DNA from: Schmidtea polychroa | Lineage: Eukaryota | Direction of reading: 5' to 3' | Assembly (NCBI GenBank): GCA_044892525.1 | Contig: CM097888.1 | Span: 71,362,001-71,426,000, forward strand | Length of the DNA stretch: 64,000 nucleotides | Part shown: piece after piece, positions 14,035 to 28,184 of the stretch | Numbering within the stretch: position 1 is the first letter of the stretch | Layout: the number at the start of each line of letters is the position of its first letter | The notes under the pieces: model-generated | The model's database searches: none | What the model was told of the DNA's origin: nothing | What the model saw: only the letters and a program-made list of their open reading frames with translations | Position numbers and translations under genes: made by a program

Positions 14035-14577
14035 GTGAGCACACATTATTGTTAATTCGTAAGTATTTAGATGTTGTATGTCAGTTTTGGTAATGTACTC
14101 TTTGTGCAGAAAATTATTAATGGTCACATGGTGCAGTTGTGTTCTCAGCACTCATTGGCATCTATGTACTGTTGTTTATGAATCATATGGCCTGGACAGG
14201 TAGACTTGCATGCTGTCTTAAATTTTTCTAAAATTGTACGTCATAAATTGTACACAATCACAACACTACGTGTCATGCGTGCGTACATCCTTCCGCATAC
14301 ATTAGTGTGCACACAGTGCCACGGTGTGCAATCATCAATAAACACTTCGATTATTGATTTTTGTCTGTGATAGTAGAGTTTTATTTTTGGTAGTCATTGT
14401 GGTCAATCGTGCTTCATTGTTGTGCTCGTTTTGGAATCAGCTTTGTTTCATTGATTTGTTCGATAGGCTGCACAAGTATGCATTTGTTACGTAATAATTT
14501 TGAATGATATTATATGCTATATTTTGTTTGTGAAACCTATATTGTGCTAAATTATTTTACTGTGCAATTCTCTTCAG

Positions 14578-15048
14578 TTTCATACAGCAAGTGATTATTG
14601 GAAATTGAATTCAACATCAAAATCTGACTGCATCAACAAACAGAATTGTGAATCATATTCAATGCAATCCCAAATCGGACATAATATCCCCGAACCGGGT
14701 TATGGAGGAAATTCTGGTTATTCTTATTCAATGCAAATGCCATCTATGTACAATCAAAATTCTTTTTCTTATCCTAATAATTCCACTTCAAATGCTCATG
14801 AAATGTCAAATATCACATCAGTCCCCCAGCAAGCTTATCCTGGCATTTCAATGCCTTCATATCAGCTTGAAAACAATCAATACCTCTCAAATGTTAACCA
14901 AAACAAGCTTCACACATCTGGATCAAGTACAGCCGATTCAAACGCTAGCAACATTTCAGAATTCGACATCAACCGAAATCCAGTGAAAAAGCGCCGGAAA
15001 CCCGCCCCGACAATAGCAACTGGAAGACGAAATCTCAAAAATGAAACT
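14578..15048 (+). CDS. Fos/ATF3-family bZIP gene, exon 2 (S/N/Q/Y-rich N-terminal region)
   Basis: Acceptor TTCTCTTCAG|; open frame of the 153-aa ORF ending KKRRKPAPTIATGRRNLKNET; donor |GTGAGT at 15049. Confidence 0.8.
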
Positions 15049-15099
15049 GTGAGTATTGGATTCTGAAATTGACTTTCAATTTTAATAAAGATGTTCCAG

Positions 15100-15669
15100 G
15101 TTGCTCCTGAAGAAGCAGAACGTCGCGATAAACGACGAGAAAGAAACCGAAAATCCGCTCAAAGATGTCGCGAAAGAAAAATCGAGAAAAAAGAAACTCT
15201 CCAGAAAGAAATCAACACTGTTAACCAAAAGAGTCGAAAATATTTGGAATTAGCTGAAGAAATATTAAAAGCCTGGAAAGAAAGATTGCGAACTCTCGAT
15301 GAAAAGCTACCCGGGCATAGTTTTAAACCTCAGTTTTCCGTAGCTGAATTTGAGCAGTTAATAGAAACGTGTAGTTTGCGAAATACTGAAAACTCTGAAG
15401 CTGGTGACACCGGTTCTCCGAGAAGTTCTGTAGTTGATCAGATCATAAATAATCCGATCAAACAAGAATATGTTCTTGGACAAAATATTGGTAATCAAAA
15501 TGCACAAAATAGCAACTTCATGACGTGTGCTAAAGTCGAGCAGTATTGTCAAAACTCTTTCACCAACGATCTCCTGCCACCAAATACCATAAACTCAAAT
15601 TACGATCCCTATCATCATCACCATCATCATCATCCTTTTACAAGTGATAACGGAATGGGATATATTTGA
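15100..15669 (+). CDS. Fos/ATF3-family bZIP gene, exon 3 (basic region, zipper, His7 tail); spliced protein ~352 aa
   Basis: 51-nt phase-0 GT-AG intron 15049-15099; VAPEEAERRDKRRERNRKSAQRCRERK...ETLQKE is a Fos/ATF3-type basic region followed by a heptad repeat; AATAAA near 16138. Confidence 0.88.
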   Translation, partial: VAPEEAERRDKRRERNRKSAQRCRERKIEKKETLQKEINTVNQKSRKYLELAEEILKAWKERLRTLDEKLPGHSFKPQFSVAEFEQLIETCSLRNTENSEAGDTGSPRSSVVDQIINNPIKQEYVLGQNIGNQNAQNSNFMTCAKVEQYCQNSFTNDLLPPNTINSNYDPYHHHHHHHPFTSDNGMGYI

Positions 15670-18600
15670 ATTTTATTCCTCCCTCAGGCAATCCGAATCA
15701 CAGTCTTCTAGAGCCAAACCGCGAAGTAATATTGCATTTTTGTTTTCATTATAGTTTCCGCGGACAAAACAAATGACAGTGATTTTTTAGGCTGAACCGG
15801 TTTTTATAAAGTTTTGTTTTTTTTTGAATAATATTTGCATTTGTTTATACTTTGGTTTTTGGTACGCTTTTTGTACAGGTCTTCCTTATCATGTCGTTTA
15901 CCGGTGCGATTGACGCAGTGGTAGCCGATCTTGTAAATCTCGCTCAGCACTCCCGGAACCGGGATGCAATAATATTGCTTGTTATTTGTTTGTTTTTTTT
16001 ATTTTTCAAAGTTTTTTTTTATTACGTAATTATTGTGGATAGAAAATTTTGTAATTTGCGAATTTTAATTTATATTTTGATGTTTTAAAAATGTAGATTA
16101 TATTGCAATGTTTTGGATACAATGTACGTTTTATGAAATAAATAATTTTACGATGCTGGTTTTTTTTTCCGATCGGTCAAGAATTTTTTGTTTAATTATT
16201 TCTAGTTAGTTTATTCATAAATAGACAACATACGAAATATCAGCATAAGATAGATGTTGTCATGGCAATTAAACAATCAATAATTCAGTACAACTGAATG
16301 AATACTCTTATTTACACTGGTTTTGGATGAATAAAACGACAGGTTTCTTTGTAATTGTATATTATAAGTTTATGTGATATTTGTTCAAGTCACATTTTAG
16401 GTATTAAATTTCAAATTTGATTTGGTTAAGAAATTATTACTGTTACCATTCATTCATTCTGTTGGAACTTTCAAAATTTCTAAATATGACACATAATTAT
16501 ATTGTAATTGTATCTCGTGAAAATAGTGAAAACGATTTTTATGTTTGTGTTCAATCAACTGTGATCGACAGAAAAATTCTAATTGAACTGGATGAAATAA
16601 TTGTAAATGAGTATGCGTGATCGCACTTGTCCAATGGCCACTGCAGTTTACAATCAATAGATTTATTTTTAATAAATGAAATATTCAGTTTTTACAAAAT
16701 TATTAACAAATTTCGACAAGAAAATTTTGTTTAATAGTACTTTAAAATAGATAATGATTGTCAGATGTGAATTATAAAATAACTTTATAATCTCAATTTA
16801 TTTATGACAGTTTATTTGATTAATTACATCTTAGGCTGTTAGATACTTTTTAAACAAAGTAGTATACAAGTAGGTGGGGTGTGGAGTATAAATAGTGAAC
16901 CGAAAGTTAACAATTGGCAACTCTAATTACATAAATGTTTCTAGAATTTCATTAGGAGACAAATAGAATTTGGTTTTAATCAAGATTAACTATTTATTTC
17001 TTGATTAGAGATGTAGATTATAAACTGTTACTAAGCAGTTCGGTACTAATTAGAATTCAGTTTTATTTTAAGACAAGCTTGTACAAAGTTATTTAGTGCA
17101 TCTAAAGTCTATCTAAAAAGGAAATATTAATAAAATTGTCTCATTGATTGAGTATTAATCTTTTATAACTATTTTTAATATTATTAAAGTGTAATTGTAA
17201 TAGTATTGTTTTGATAAATATATAAAGCAAAACAGTAACATTATTAATGTTACTATAAAATAAACACAATAACAATTGTTTTATGCTTTAAAAATGTTGA
17301 TTACAACAATAATATTAAATATTTAAAACAAAACTCTAATCCTATGAAATACGTATTATTAATACGTATTTCATTATAAAAACTAAAAAAGAATAAAAAG
17401 AAACTTTTAAATAAAAGTTATAACTGAAAATTACATTTTGAAATTACAAAATTGTATAAATTACCACATAAGTTAATGAAATACGGCTCGAATGATTAAG
17501 CACATCATTCCTTTTATCGTCCTTTTCATAAATCTATAGATCAGTAAATTCATTAATTATACACATTATTATTGATAAAGTCTCATGAAAATGGAGATGA
17601 AAAGAAATTGAAAATAATTTATCAACACTTGAAAAAGGTGTGTAAAATTTCGCGTTAAATAAAATAAAAATATTGAAAAAATAATATGAAATAAAAATAG
17701 TCAATTCTGATTGGCAAGAATGTGATGATGATTGTCTCGGATATATTCTATATTTTAAAATATATACACTAGCGATAATATTTACAAAATCGGCCCTGGG
17801 ATTTGTTTAAAGGCGTCTTATGACAGACTGATTTCAAATGTAAAATATCTTAAAATCTATATAATTAGAAGTTTGGAATAGAAAAAGAATTTGTGCATTT
17901 AAAAATGTTCAAAACCCCCAATAAAAAATGTGAATAAAGTGGAAAAAATAATCTCATATGATGGGAATTTTATTGTGGCTATCAAAATATCATAATTATA
18001 ATGAATCAAGAATTTCATAAGAGCTTTTGTTTCGCTACAATATATGAGAGATTTCTAATTTATTTGAAAATATTTAAAGCTATAAAGAACCATGTTGATT
18101 GGGTTAAGCCTAATTGGATTTTTCTGTCTGTTTCAATCTGAATGTAATTTATCAGTAGTATATATACATAATGAGATTGGAAAGTAAATGGCCGCAGAAG
18201 GAAATTTTAGATTTCAACAGCAAGATAATTAATAATTCGATGAATAAGAAATGGACTTTCTAAATCAACCATGAAACAGTGAAAAAAGTTATCCTTTTTG
18301 AACTATATATATATATATATATATAATAATCATTAGACTAATAATAAATGAAACAAATTTATTAATTTTCGATTTTATTTATTTGACACGAATTTCCGGC
18401 CCGAATATATAGACTGAAAACAAATGCAAATATATTAAATTGAAAATAAGAATCGACCAAAGGTGAAATGAGTATTATTGCTAATAATTTTAATGGTAGA
18501 AAAAAATGAAATAGAAAAAAACTTTTAAGCAAATATAAAATTTTTATAATTTCTATTGATGCTAAATATCAAAATAAAATTAGCATAACAAAATTATTTA

Positions 18601-19613
18601 AAATTGAACTGATATCTCATTTTATTTCATTTAACCCTTTGCAGTTCAGTGATTCCAAATGGAATCATTAATTCAAAATTCAATTTTTGTTTTTCGACGA
18701 TTAAAAATGTTGGCAGCAAACTAATGTGAATTGAAGCTAGGTGTATTTTTAACAGTTGGCAATGTTGAATACGCATAAAAGTTCTATTAGATGACAGAAA
18801 AACAATTGTATTTACTAGCGTACTGTCACATAACCTATACTTTGTACACCTACAAAAAATTTGGGCTGGAAAGGCTAAATATGATTTTTATTTAATATTT
18901 TATTAAATAACAATTTCAAAATTTTTTTTACTGCATAGATTTTTAACAACCTCTTTAATACTCTTCGCTATTTTCATTCATTTTTATTTCCAATTTTTTA
19001 TCTTCACTTATTTTTATACTGGATGAATATCATTTTTATATTTAAGACGAAAATCGTTTATTCTTTCATCCCTGAAATTATGATGGATTTTTAATTAAAA
19101 ATTAATTATTAAACCAAAATTTTTACTCATTTTGTCAACGATCAGATGGTTTTCATCTCTCATCAGATGTCTCTAATGGACTTAAATTTAAAAATGCAGA
19201 TTCCATGAAATTTTGCTCAGATTTTTAAAATAAAAATTTTCATTGTCAACAATATAAGTAATATGATATTAAATAAATATTTCTAGATATTTTGGGTTAA
19301 AAATTTTTAATAAAAATTTCACTTTGAAAATCACGATATTCAATAAACTATTGAAATTTGTCTATAACAATTTAAATAAATTTTTATTTTTAATGAAACA
19401 TATTACGTGATAAAATTGTATAAATCAAAAATTGTAAAAATTGTAAAATTTTTCTAAATGTATTTCAATTTCAACAAGGATATATGTAATAAGAAATGTT
19501 CAATTACGCAACTACTAAAAAGGCTGGACGCAATAAGAAAGAACAAAATCATGGTACAGTGGGTAAGGTAGGATACCTATCTGATATGTACTTAGTTATT
19601 AAAATTAAAAATC

Positions 19614-19966
19614 GGTACTTCCGTGTTATCTTACCCCCAAAAATTAAATTATAAAATACAATTAAAATAACAATATAAAAAATGAGAAAATACATTGATG
19701 ACGTTATTGAACATTATTGAACATGAATTTATTAAGGCTATCTGTGATTTATGTGAGTTTATGTGGCGCAAACGTCTTCTAAGTAACAGTGTCGATGTGT
19801 TCGACACTATTCTCAACAACATTGTGGTTTCCTGGTCACCTGGATGACCATTTAGAGACTCTTTACAATTTGCTGAGTTTGTAACTGTGATTTAGAAAAT
19901 AAATATAATAATTTTATGTGTTCTTTTTTAATTTAATTTTTGGGGGTAAGATAACATGGAAGTACC
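19614..19966. mobile_element. MITE with ~37-bp TIRs and 8-bp TSD (GG-terminal, possibly Merlin-like)
   Basis: TIR GGTACTTCCGTGTTATCTTACCCCCAAAAATTAAATT and its near-perfect inverse; TSD TAAAAATC at 19606-19613 and 19967-19974. The superfamily is inferred from the termini only. Confidence 0.8.
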
Positions 19967-22845
19967 TAAAAATCTTATAAAATTTTTCTAACTTATTTAA
20001 AAATTTGCGTGCTGTAAAAAAATTTCAAAATACATCTAAGTTGACCAAAAAAATTAAGAATTTTACTGGTATTTTTTAATTTTTAGTTGGTATTCAATAA
20101 GTGGAAGTTTGCATATCATATACAAAATTTCAATCATTGAATACCAATTAAAAATATACAAAAACATTAAAAAAATTCGAGGAAAATTCTTAATTTTATT
20201 TAATGTAAATGGTTTACATCTATAAACAGTACGGAGTTAGCACTAAACGGGCTGACATCTGCGTTTGATAAGTCTTGTACCATTATTGTTTTTTAGTTTA
20301 CATTTTAAGGAACATTAAAATATATTGTTAAGTGATGTTAAATTTAAATAAAAAATTGTCAAAAAATTTGTTTCGGTTATCTTTATTCTTTCACAATATT
20401 TGCCAAAATGAAACTGAAATTTTAATGAAAAAAATTTATTGAAATTGGAACTCTGGAAATCCAAATATTAAATATTTTACATTAAAATTAAAAATCTCTA
20501 CATCAAAAGAAAGACAGTGTTTAAATGTAATTTGTCGCTATTTAAAAAAAAAATATCACTATTAATATTCACTTTTAGATCGAATTTCCAACCAAATTCC
20601 ACAATTATGCTTGAAAATCAAATAATCTTTCTAATAATTTCTTCGATAATCGTGGTTAAATTTTAATAAAATCCGTCATTAAAAATATTTTCTAGTTAAT
20701 TTTAAAATTTTTTGAAATATTTTTGTTAACAAATAGAAACTGAGATTTTTAATTTGAATTTCAAAAATGAATTTTTTGTTTGAAAATTGTTATTTTAATT
20801 GAGTTAAAATAATTTATAAAATTTCGTGAAAATATTTACAATTTTTAACCCCATACATTTCCATTGAATATCCAATAATGACTGACAAAAAATGCGGTAC
20901 GTGGAGTAAATATTTACGGAAGCCCTGATATGCACCCGGTACCATCGACTAGTAATGGCTGACATGGTCATAGTACAAATATTTTGCCATTGACTGTTAT
21001 ATTTATTAAAATCATGCATTTTTCATTTGGATTAAAATTTATCAACAGAATTAATAGAATTAGAAAATAGAGGCTTTTTTTGGGTTAAACATCTATGATT
21101 TCAAGCTCATTCACAAATGAATAAGACGATGTTATAACTGCACCAAGGCTAAGATTTTCCGATCCCTCCACATATAAACTATTCTATACAGTTGTCGATT
21201 ATTTATAAAAGAGACTTTTGGTAATATATAATTTTGAAATAATCTTCAGGTTGTTAAAATCTACAAGTCACCCAACCTTTAATTAGAGTATTAAAATTAA
21301 TTTATCTCCTCAAGAACTTGAAATCCTAATAACAAAAACTAAATTTACTATCTTAATTGCAATCTTTTACGATATTTTCCCCCTTTTTCTTCATTTCCCG
21401 GGCTAATGCTAATCAAATTACCGCCAAGTCATCTTAAGTAGTCTCACGATTATCATAAAAATTAATTCTAATTTATTTCTCATTTAATTTTTGTCATTTT
21501 GAAGTTACTTACAAACCGACAAAAATGAATCATTTCACTCAAAGAAAGAACTTCGAATATTTTTTTACCAAAATTCTAATAATTGTTTTTGTAACATTTA
21601 CAAAGTAATTAAATTAAATCCAGAAATAATCAAAAAAGTAAGTAACAAAAGTAATTTTTATAAAACTGGATAAAGTTAAAATTTAACATGACCAGATTTT
21701 ACTATTATAAGATCAAGTAAACTTCATACGTAAATGACAACGTTAATTTGTACAAGAATTTCATTTAAATTGTATTTAAAAAAACTTACCCTTGCCAGTG
21801 GCGTAGTAAGCGGAAAATTTCCCAGAAAATTTCAATTTTTATTTTGGTCGATTTCTGGGAAATATATTTTAAATTATTAATTATTGTAATATAATTAATT
21901 TTTTCTTTTCTTGATTTTTCTGATAAAATATGTTATAAATAATGTTTGCAGTAAATTAATCAAACATCTCCATATACGTTCCTTTTTCTTTCTTTCGGAA
22001 CACTTTATTTTTCTGAGATAGAAATATTTTAATTTTTTTAAACGGAAAATGGCTATCTTATAGTCGACATTTTTTTCATTTGTATTAAATATATTATTCG
22101 CAGAAAAATGATTCAANNNNNNNNNNNNNNNNNNNNNNNNNNNNNNNNNNNNNNNNNNNNNNNNNNNNNNNNNNNNNNNNNNNNNNNNNNNNNNNNNNNN
22201 NNNNNNNNNNNNNNNNNNNNNNNNNNNNNNNNNNNNNNNNNNNNNNNNNNNNNNNNNNNNNNNNNNNNNNNNNNNNNNNNNTATTAGCCTTATTGTTTTT
22301 ATTATAATTATTATTATTAATTTTTTTATAATTATTAGGATTCGATTTAATTTTCGACATAAAAAAATTCAAAGACGTGAATAATTATATATTATTTAAA
22401 CAAAGTATTTTCTTAATTCATTTCTGGGGAATTAATTCAAATCCAATTAATATTTCGAACAATTTCAACATTCAATTTCAACATACCACAACATTCAAAT
22501 AATAAAATATCAATGATATAAATATGAATAGTTTATATAAATACATCTTACAATAATTATTATTGTTACTGTTCAGCCGTCGCGCGACTTTAGGAGGACC
22601 TATCGGTATTGTGGCCCCTAAATTCAAAATTTATATTGGTTTATAATCAATGTTTACTTAAAAGATAAAACATTTAAAAATGAAAGTTTCATTTTCCACG
22701 TTATTTAATTTTTCAATCAAAGAATACCCGGACGCACTTTGTGCGTGGCGAAAAATTCTATCAATTGAAAATAATCAAGCTCGGAACTTAGTTCATGTTC
22801 AATGGATATCATTGCTAATCCACCAAACCTGTCTTGTGCTATAGT

Positions 22846-24460
22846 TTAGCGAAGATACGACTTGATGAGCTTCAATTTAGAGAAACTGCAATCTCCGCTT
22901 GCGACGCTCACAGACATTGAAAATATTATTTGCAAAGCGACCACCACATTCGGGAATATCTCTGCGAGGCCGGATTTTAGAATATTATCCATCACATCAA
23001 GGACTCTCCTGCATTCGGATAACAGTAAATGCGAAAGAGGTCGAAGCTTTTCCGCTAGCTCCGTCTTCCTGATGTACATCATGACAACTTTAACTTCGAC
23101 TTCGAGTTCGGCATGAGCTGTTAGTGCAGTGGACACAACTGTACAATGTCCCAGTAGCTTTTGAACACCCAGTGTTTCGGTGGAGGAATCTTGTAATGGA
23201 ATTTTGTAAAGGAATGCGAAGATGTACATGATAAACATGTTAAACCGTTCATCAAGGGATACAAGAGCGAAGTCGATTGCGTGAAAGAAGAACTGCACTT
23301 TAAGTTTGCGCAAAGCATCGACGATAGGGTCGTCTCCGCCTTCATATCCAAACTGGCACGGCACACGTCGGCGCCTATCAGCTGGAATCTTGGTTTGTAT
23401 GTCCAGTTGTTTGCATAATTTTTCTGCCGCGTTGACTAATGATGAGAAGAAAGTGTCGCTTTTGCGACGTCAATTTGCATGTTTTCTTCCTGAAGTATCT
23501 TGCTGACCTTATTGATATCAACTAGCAGATCGTGACATATTATCAAACATGGTAAGAAGCGGAACTAAACAATTTCTTGTGCTAATGCGTTCGTCTTAGA
23601 ATATGTTTTGGAATCTTTACCTTTGTAACTATCGCGAATTTTTAACAACGCTGTTTGGATGTCTTTAGTTTGAAATCGAAGTGCTTTAATACTTGAGATT
23701 TTGCTTTCACAGCGAGACCTGATGAATATTTTACAGTAATGGAGCATAGCACTTTCAACGGGTTCCATCTAGAAGATGACACCGAAAAAAATAAATACAC
23801 TCGCTACAAGTAACTAAAGAAGGTGATAGCCGTTACCGAAGAACCTGCTGCATTGCAGACAACAATGTAGAGACTGTGCTTGCTGCAAGGCATATAGAAT
23901 GCTCGCGGGTTCATCTTTATAAGTCGTGTTTGAAACACCTGAATATTTTACCTCCATGTTGCTGCCATTATCATAAGATTGGCCTCTTCAATCCGTCAGA
24001 TCTAGTCCCAACTAAGCGAGCTTCTCTAAGAGTGACTCAAAAAGTCCAGTTCCACTTATGTCAGCTACTTTAAGAAACACCACAAAGTACTCTTTAATCG
24101 CAGCCTTGTCCTTTTGAAGTTCCACGAAACGAATGATCATGGTCATTTGCTCCTGATGGCTTATATCTGGCGTACAATCAAATATAAATACTAGAGTATT
24201 TTTCAGCCTTCGCTCGATTTGTTATCTCTTCCAACATGTGGTCAAAAATGAGATTGATCAATTCATTTTGACTTTCAGGTCCAAGATAATGGGGCACAGT
24301 ATCAGCATTCTGAATACGTCTTAAGCGTTCTGCTATTATGGGATCGAATTTTGCAAGTAATTGCACTTCGTCAATAAATTTTCCGTTACTTTGAACATAT
24401 GGCCTATCGGAATTCCCACGAAAGGCCGTATTCCTCTCTGCTAAAACGGTTCCCGGGCAA
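22846..24460 (-). pseudogene. Decayed hAT transposase (ZMYM1/DUF4371-type)
   Basis: AFRG..NG.FI..VQLLAKFDP..YLGPESQNELI..DCTPDISHQEQM (DUF4371/RNase-H-like start) and FPNVVVALQII.SMSVSVASGDCSFSKLKLIKSYLR (hAT dimerisation domain); several stops and frameshifts; probable terminus near 22574. Confidence 0.85.
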
Positions 24461-24510
24461 TTCGTCGCAGGAAAATTCGTCGCAGGAAAATTCGTCGCGG
24501 ACATTCGTCG
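24459..24510 (+). repeat. 15-bp tandem repeat (AATTCGTCGCAGGAA), ~3.5 copies, at the point where the hAT transposase is truncated
   Basis: Copies at 24459, 24474 and 24489, partial at 24502; probably the subterminal repeats of another transposon (inference). Confidence 0.6.
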
Positions 24511-26239
24511 TATAACATTTTTTAATTCGATACATAATATTGTGTTATGAATAATTCTATTGGTTGAATAATTTTCTAGGTATGACAATTATATTATAAA
24601 AAATACCCATACTATAAAATGCATAATGAATATTGTGTTATGGACAAACATAAGTAGAGAATTATTTAATTTTATAATATATATTATGACTAAAATGCGT
24701 TCTTCTTACAAAGAGACAAAGTTGTGTTAATTTAGAATTACATTGTCACCATGGTTGAAAATCAACTGTGGATCTTTTTAGGATCACATAATCCATGAAA
24801 GCGACAATTTATTTACTAATAAATTTAATCCTATATCTTATAAAATTCAAATGCATCCCTCTACAATTATCTTATGAATCTATCACAATTCATAACAGCT
24901 TTGAACTCCTTATCCCTTTCACACCAAAACGGAACAGTTATCATTCCAGTTTATAAATTCCGAATTCATTTAAACAAAAACTTATTAGATAAACTTATCC
25001 AAATATTTCTAAAGTAAATGTCACTTTGAAAAATTTTGATAAGAATTTCGATTTCAAATAAATTTAATTATTTTAAGTGGCATATTAAATGAATGCGTGG
25101 AAAACATGTTCAAACTAACAGGTAAATTATTTATTTATCAATTTTATTTACATATTACAAAAACGGTATTGACATTTAATATTTGACATTCGTAGAATGA
25201 CTAATACCATTTTAATTTTTTTAGAATATTGATTTTGGATTTGTGTTAGAAAAAGTGTAAAGCAATATTTAAAAAAAAATGTCAATGAAATGATGCGTGC
25301 ATTTTCTGAGAATATTGGTAGAGCTGATGTCAATAACAACCGATGGCAACTATGTGAAAAAATTGTGAATTGTCTATGAAATTCTTAAANNNNNNNNNNN
25401 NNNNNNNNNNNNNNNNNNNNNNNNNNNNNNNNNNNNNNNNNNNNNNNNNNNNNNNNNNNNNNNNNNNNNNNNNNNNNNNNNNNNNNNNNNNNNNNNNNNN
25501 NNNNNNNNNNNNNNNNNNNNNNNNNNNNNNNNNNNNNNNNNNNNNNNNNNNNNNNNNNNNNNNNNNNNNNNNNNNNNNNNNNNNNNNNNNNNTTTTATAT
25601 TAAACAAATAAATTCAATAATACTATTAAAAGTAAGAATGATGAGTATAATAAATAAATAACACAAAATTAATATTTTGTATTAAAAATATGAATACCAT
25701 TATAAGTAAAATATTATTAGTATACAATTTATTAATTAAAATAGTTTAAAATAAAAAACATTTAAATATAATATTCCAGAAAAGTTGTTTTAACGAATCA
25801 GTTTATAAACATTCTAAACTGATAAACAAGCAAAATTAAAAATGGGAAATCGATTTTCATAGTAAAATTTACATTTTTGATTATTGACTTAAAGGTGATT
25901 ACTTAAAATTAGTTTTTAAAATAATTATATTAAAATATATCATTTTTTAATGATATTATTATTTATTTTAAAATTGTACTAAATTTTTTATAATTGATTC
26001 TAATTTCCAGATATTTATATAAAAGGCTTATCGTAAATTTTATTGTAATTGAATTTTGGTTTCTGATTTAGGAAATTGCAGAATGACATTGTGAGTACCT
26101 AATCGTTTGGATATCATTGTTTAAAGAGGTCATTTAAAGATTGTATGATATTTTTGTGAGTTTTTAAAGAAATAAGGATCACATGAATCTAGGACAAATA
26201 GCAATTTAATTAACACAGTCAATTATAATAACAAAACTT

Positions 26240-26241
<2 letters not shown>

Positions 26242-26305
<64 letters not shown>
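26242..26305. repeat. (TA)n microsatellite
   Basis: Uninterrupted AT dinucleotide run of about 64 nt. Confidence 0.95.
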
Positions 26306-26313
<8 letters not shown>

Positions 26314-26911
26314 TTATACATTTAATTTAAGATATAATGTATTTCAATTTAAATAAGAAATACAATTTTTTTATCGAAATCAAATCATCCTAAATCTATT
26401 AATAATTATAGTTAAATTATATAATCAAAAATAAAAATTAAAAAAATAATTATTTCATTATAATTATATTTTTTAAAATTTCCTTTCGGAGCCGTTTCGG
26501 TATGCATTGCATAGGGGCACAAAAACACAAATGCGGCACTGATTTGCTCTTATTATTTGTTTAGATTGATGGAACATTTTTTCATAGGAGACAATTCAAA
26601 TATGTCGATGTTATCAAAACAAAATATAAAAAAATTTAAAGAAAAGTACCAACAAGAAATAAAAATGTTGACAGAATTCTGTTTCAAACCATAAAACATG
26701 TTGCGGTTTTACTTTTTAAAATTACTTTCTGTAAATTGTAATATATTCCCATTGGAAAATTTTGATGGTTACAAAATGTTAGATTATTTTGAGAAAGCAC
26801 GTTTAAAGTTAAATCCAAAATATTAATATTGTAAAATAGTATTAAATAATTATTTAATAATAATAAAAATTATGATATACAAAAAATATACAAATAATAA
26901 ATACGTAAATA

Positions 26912-27469
26912 TCAATTAATATTAAATTTTTTCATCAAACATCTGACTAAACCATAAGCTTTGCAAATTACTGGGATGTCATCATAATCTCGACGAATTT
27001 TATGGAGAATGCCTGTAAATTTAGCTTTCATTATATGTTGATGGTGATCTTTGCATGATTCAATGAGGCCAATTAATATTCTTATACACTCAAACAAAGT
27101 AATTGGACTGTTTCCAGGATTTGTTAATTCGTTATTAAGAATTATAACAATTCCACCTTTAATCATGACTGGATGCATTTCTTTCTTTAAATATGGAATT
27201 AGTTTTGCTATATTTTTAAGATCTTTCAACTTATTTAAAGAGGAGCCGCATTTAAGATTGGTCAGAGTTTTTCGGATGTTGTTTACAGAAGTTGAAAGTA
27301 GTGCTTTAGAAATGATGCCTTTCTTCGAATTAATTTCTGGATTTTCATGTTTCAATAATATAAGTAATTGTTGTTTCTTAATATCAGGATTTGGTTTAGA
27401 ATATTTATGGAATTTTTTGCAAGAATCTTTGACAGGGGTGACTTTGCCAATTTCAATTTCAGTAGACAT
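26912..27469 (-). CDS. Hypothetical 185-aa single-exon protein; C-terminal half armadillo-like
   Basis: Long ORF in very AT-rich DNA; MHPVMIKGGIVIILNNEL and HHQHIMKAKFTGILHKIRRDYDDIPVICKAYGLVRCL resemble ARM helices. Confidence 0.45.
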   Translation of the reverse strand: MSTEIEIGKVTPVKDSCKKFHKYSKPNPDIKKQQLLILLKHENPEINSKKGIISKALLSTSVNNIRKTLTNLKCGSSLNKLKDLKNIAKLIPYLKKEMHPVMIKGGIVIILNNELTNPGNSPITLFECIRILIGLIESCKDHHQHIMKAKFTGILHKIRRDYDDIPVICKAYGLVRCLMKKFNIN

Positions 27470-27702
27470 TAGAATTAGTTTATTTATTTGTATAAATCTT
27501 ATTTAAGCAATCATTTAAATTAGAAAATAAAATTTTAAATTTATATTCTATAATATACCATTGGATAATAAATAATAAAATATTAAATATTATCTGAAAA
27601 TAATATTAAATATGTTTTAATAGGGCGATAAAAATTAATCACGCACAAGTACTGAATTTGAATTAATACAAAATTAAACATTTAGAAAATAATATAGAAA
27701 TA

Positions 27703-28184
27703 CACTTAAACCTCAATTTGCGTCGTTTTAGAAGTTGCGTCGTTAATTAATTTTCGTTATTTCAAAGTTGCGTCGTTAAAATTTCAATTTGCATTGTTAA
27801 ATTTTAATAATTTTTTAAGATGTAAAATTTTCAGGGACCGCAAATAAAATTTATTTTGAAATAAATTTAAAAGTTTAAAATTAATTAAAAGATTTAAAAA
27901 ATTATCAAATGTAAAAATTATAATTTTTATGAATTTAGCGGACTTTTGCTTTAATTTAATAAATTTTTAAGTTTTTTTATTTAATTTATAATATTCATAC
28001 ACTTATGATGTAAAAAAATGTTTTTATTAATAAAATTTGTTTTTTTTTCATGAAATTTACTACAAGATACCAATTAATGAAAAACTGGTATAAACACACA
28101 CGATAAATGATGTCAATTTGCGTCGTTTTGATTTGTGTCGTCTTTCTACGGTCCCAATTAACGACGCAAATCGAGGTTTAGGTG
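27703..28184. mobile_element. Tc1/pogo-like MITE
   Basis: TIR CACTTAAACCTCAATTTGCGTCGTT / AACGACGCAAATCGAGGTTTAGGTG; internal TTGCGTCGTT repeats; left flank TA, right flank mutated. Confidence 0.65.

Noticed and set aside
15852-16657. Short ORFs downstream of the bZIP gene
   Set aside because: They lie in the T-rich 3' UTR and flank, mostly start at TTG, and reflect base composition.
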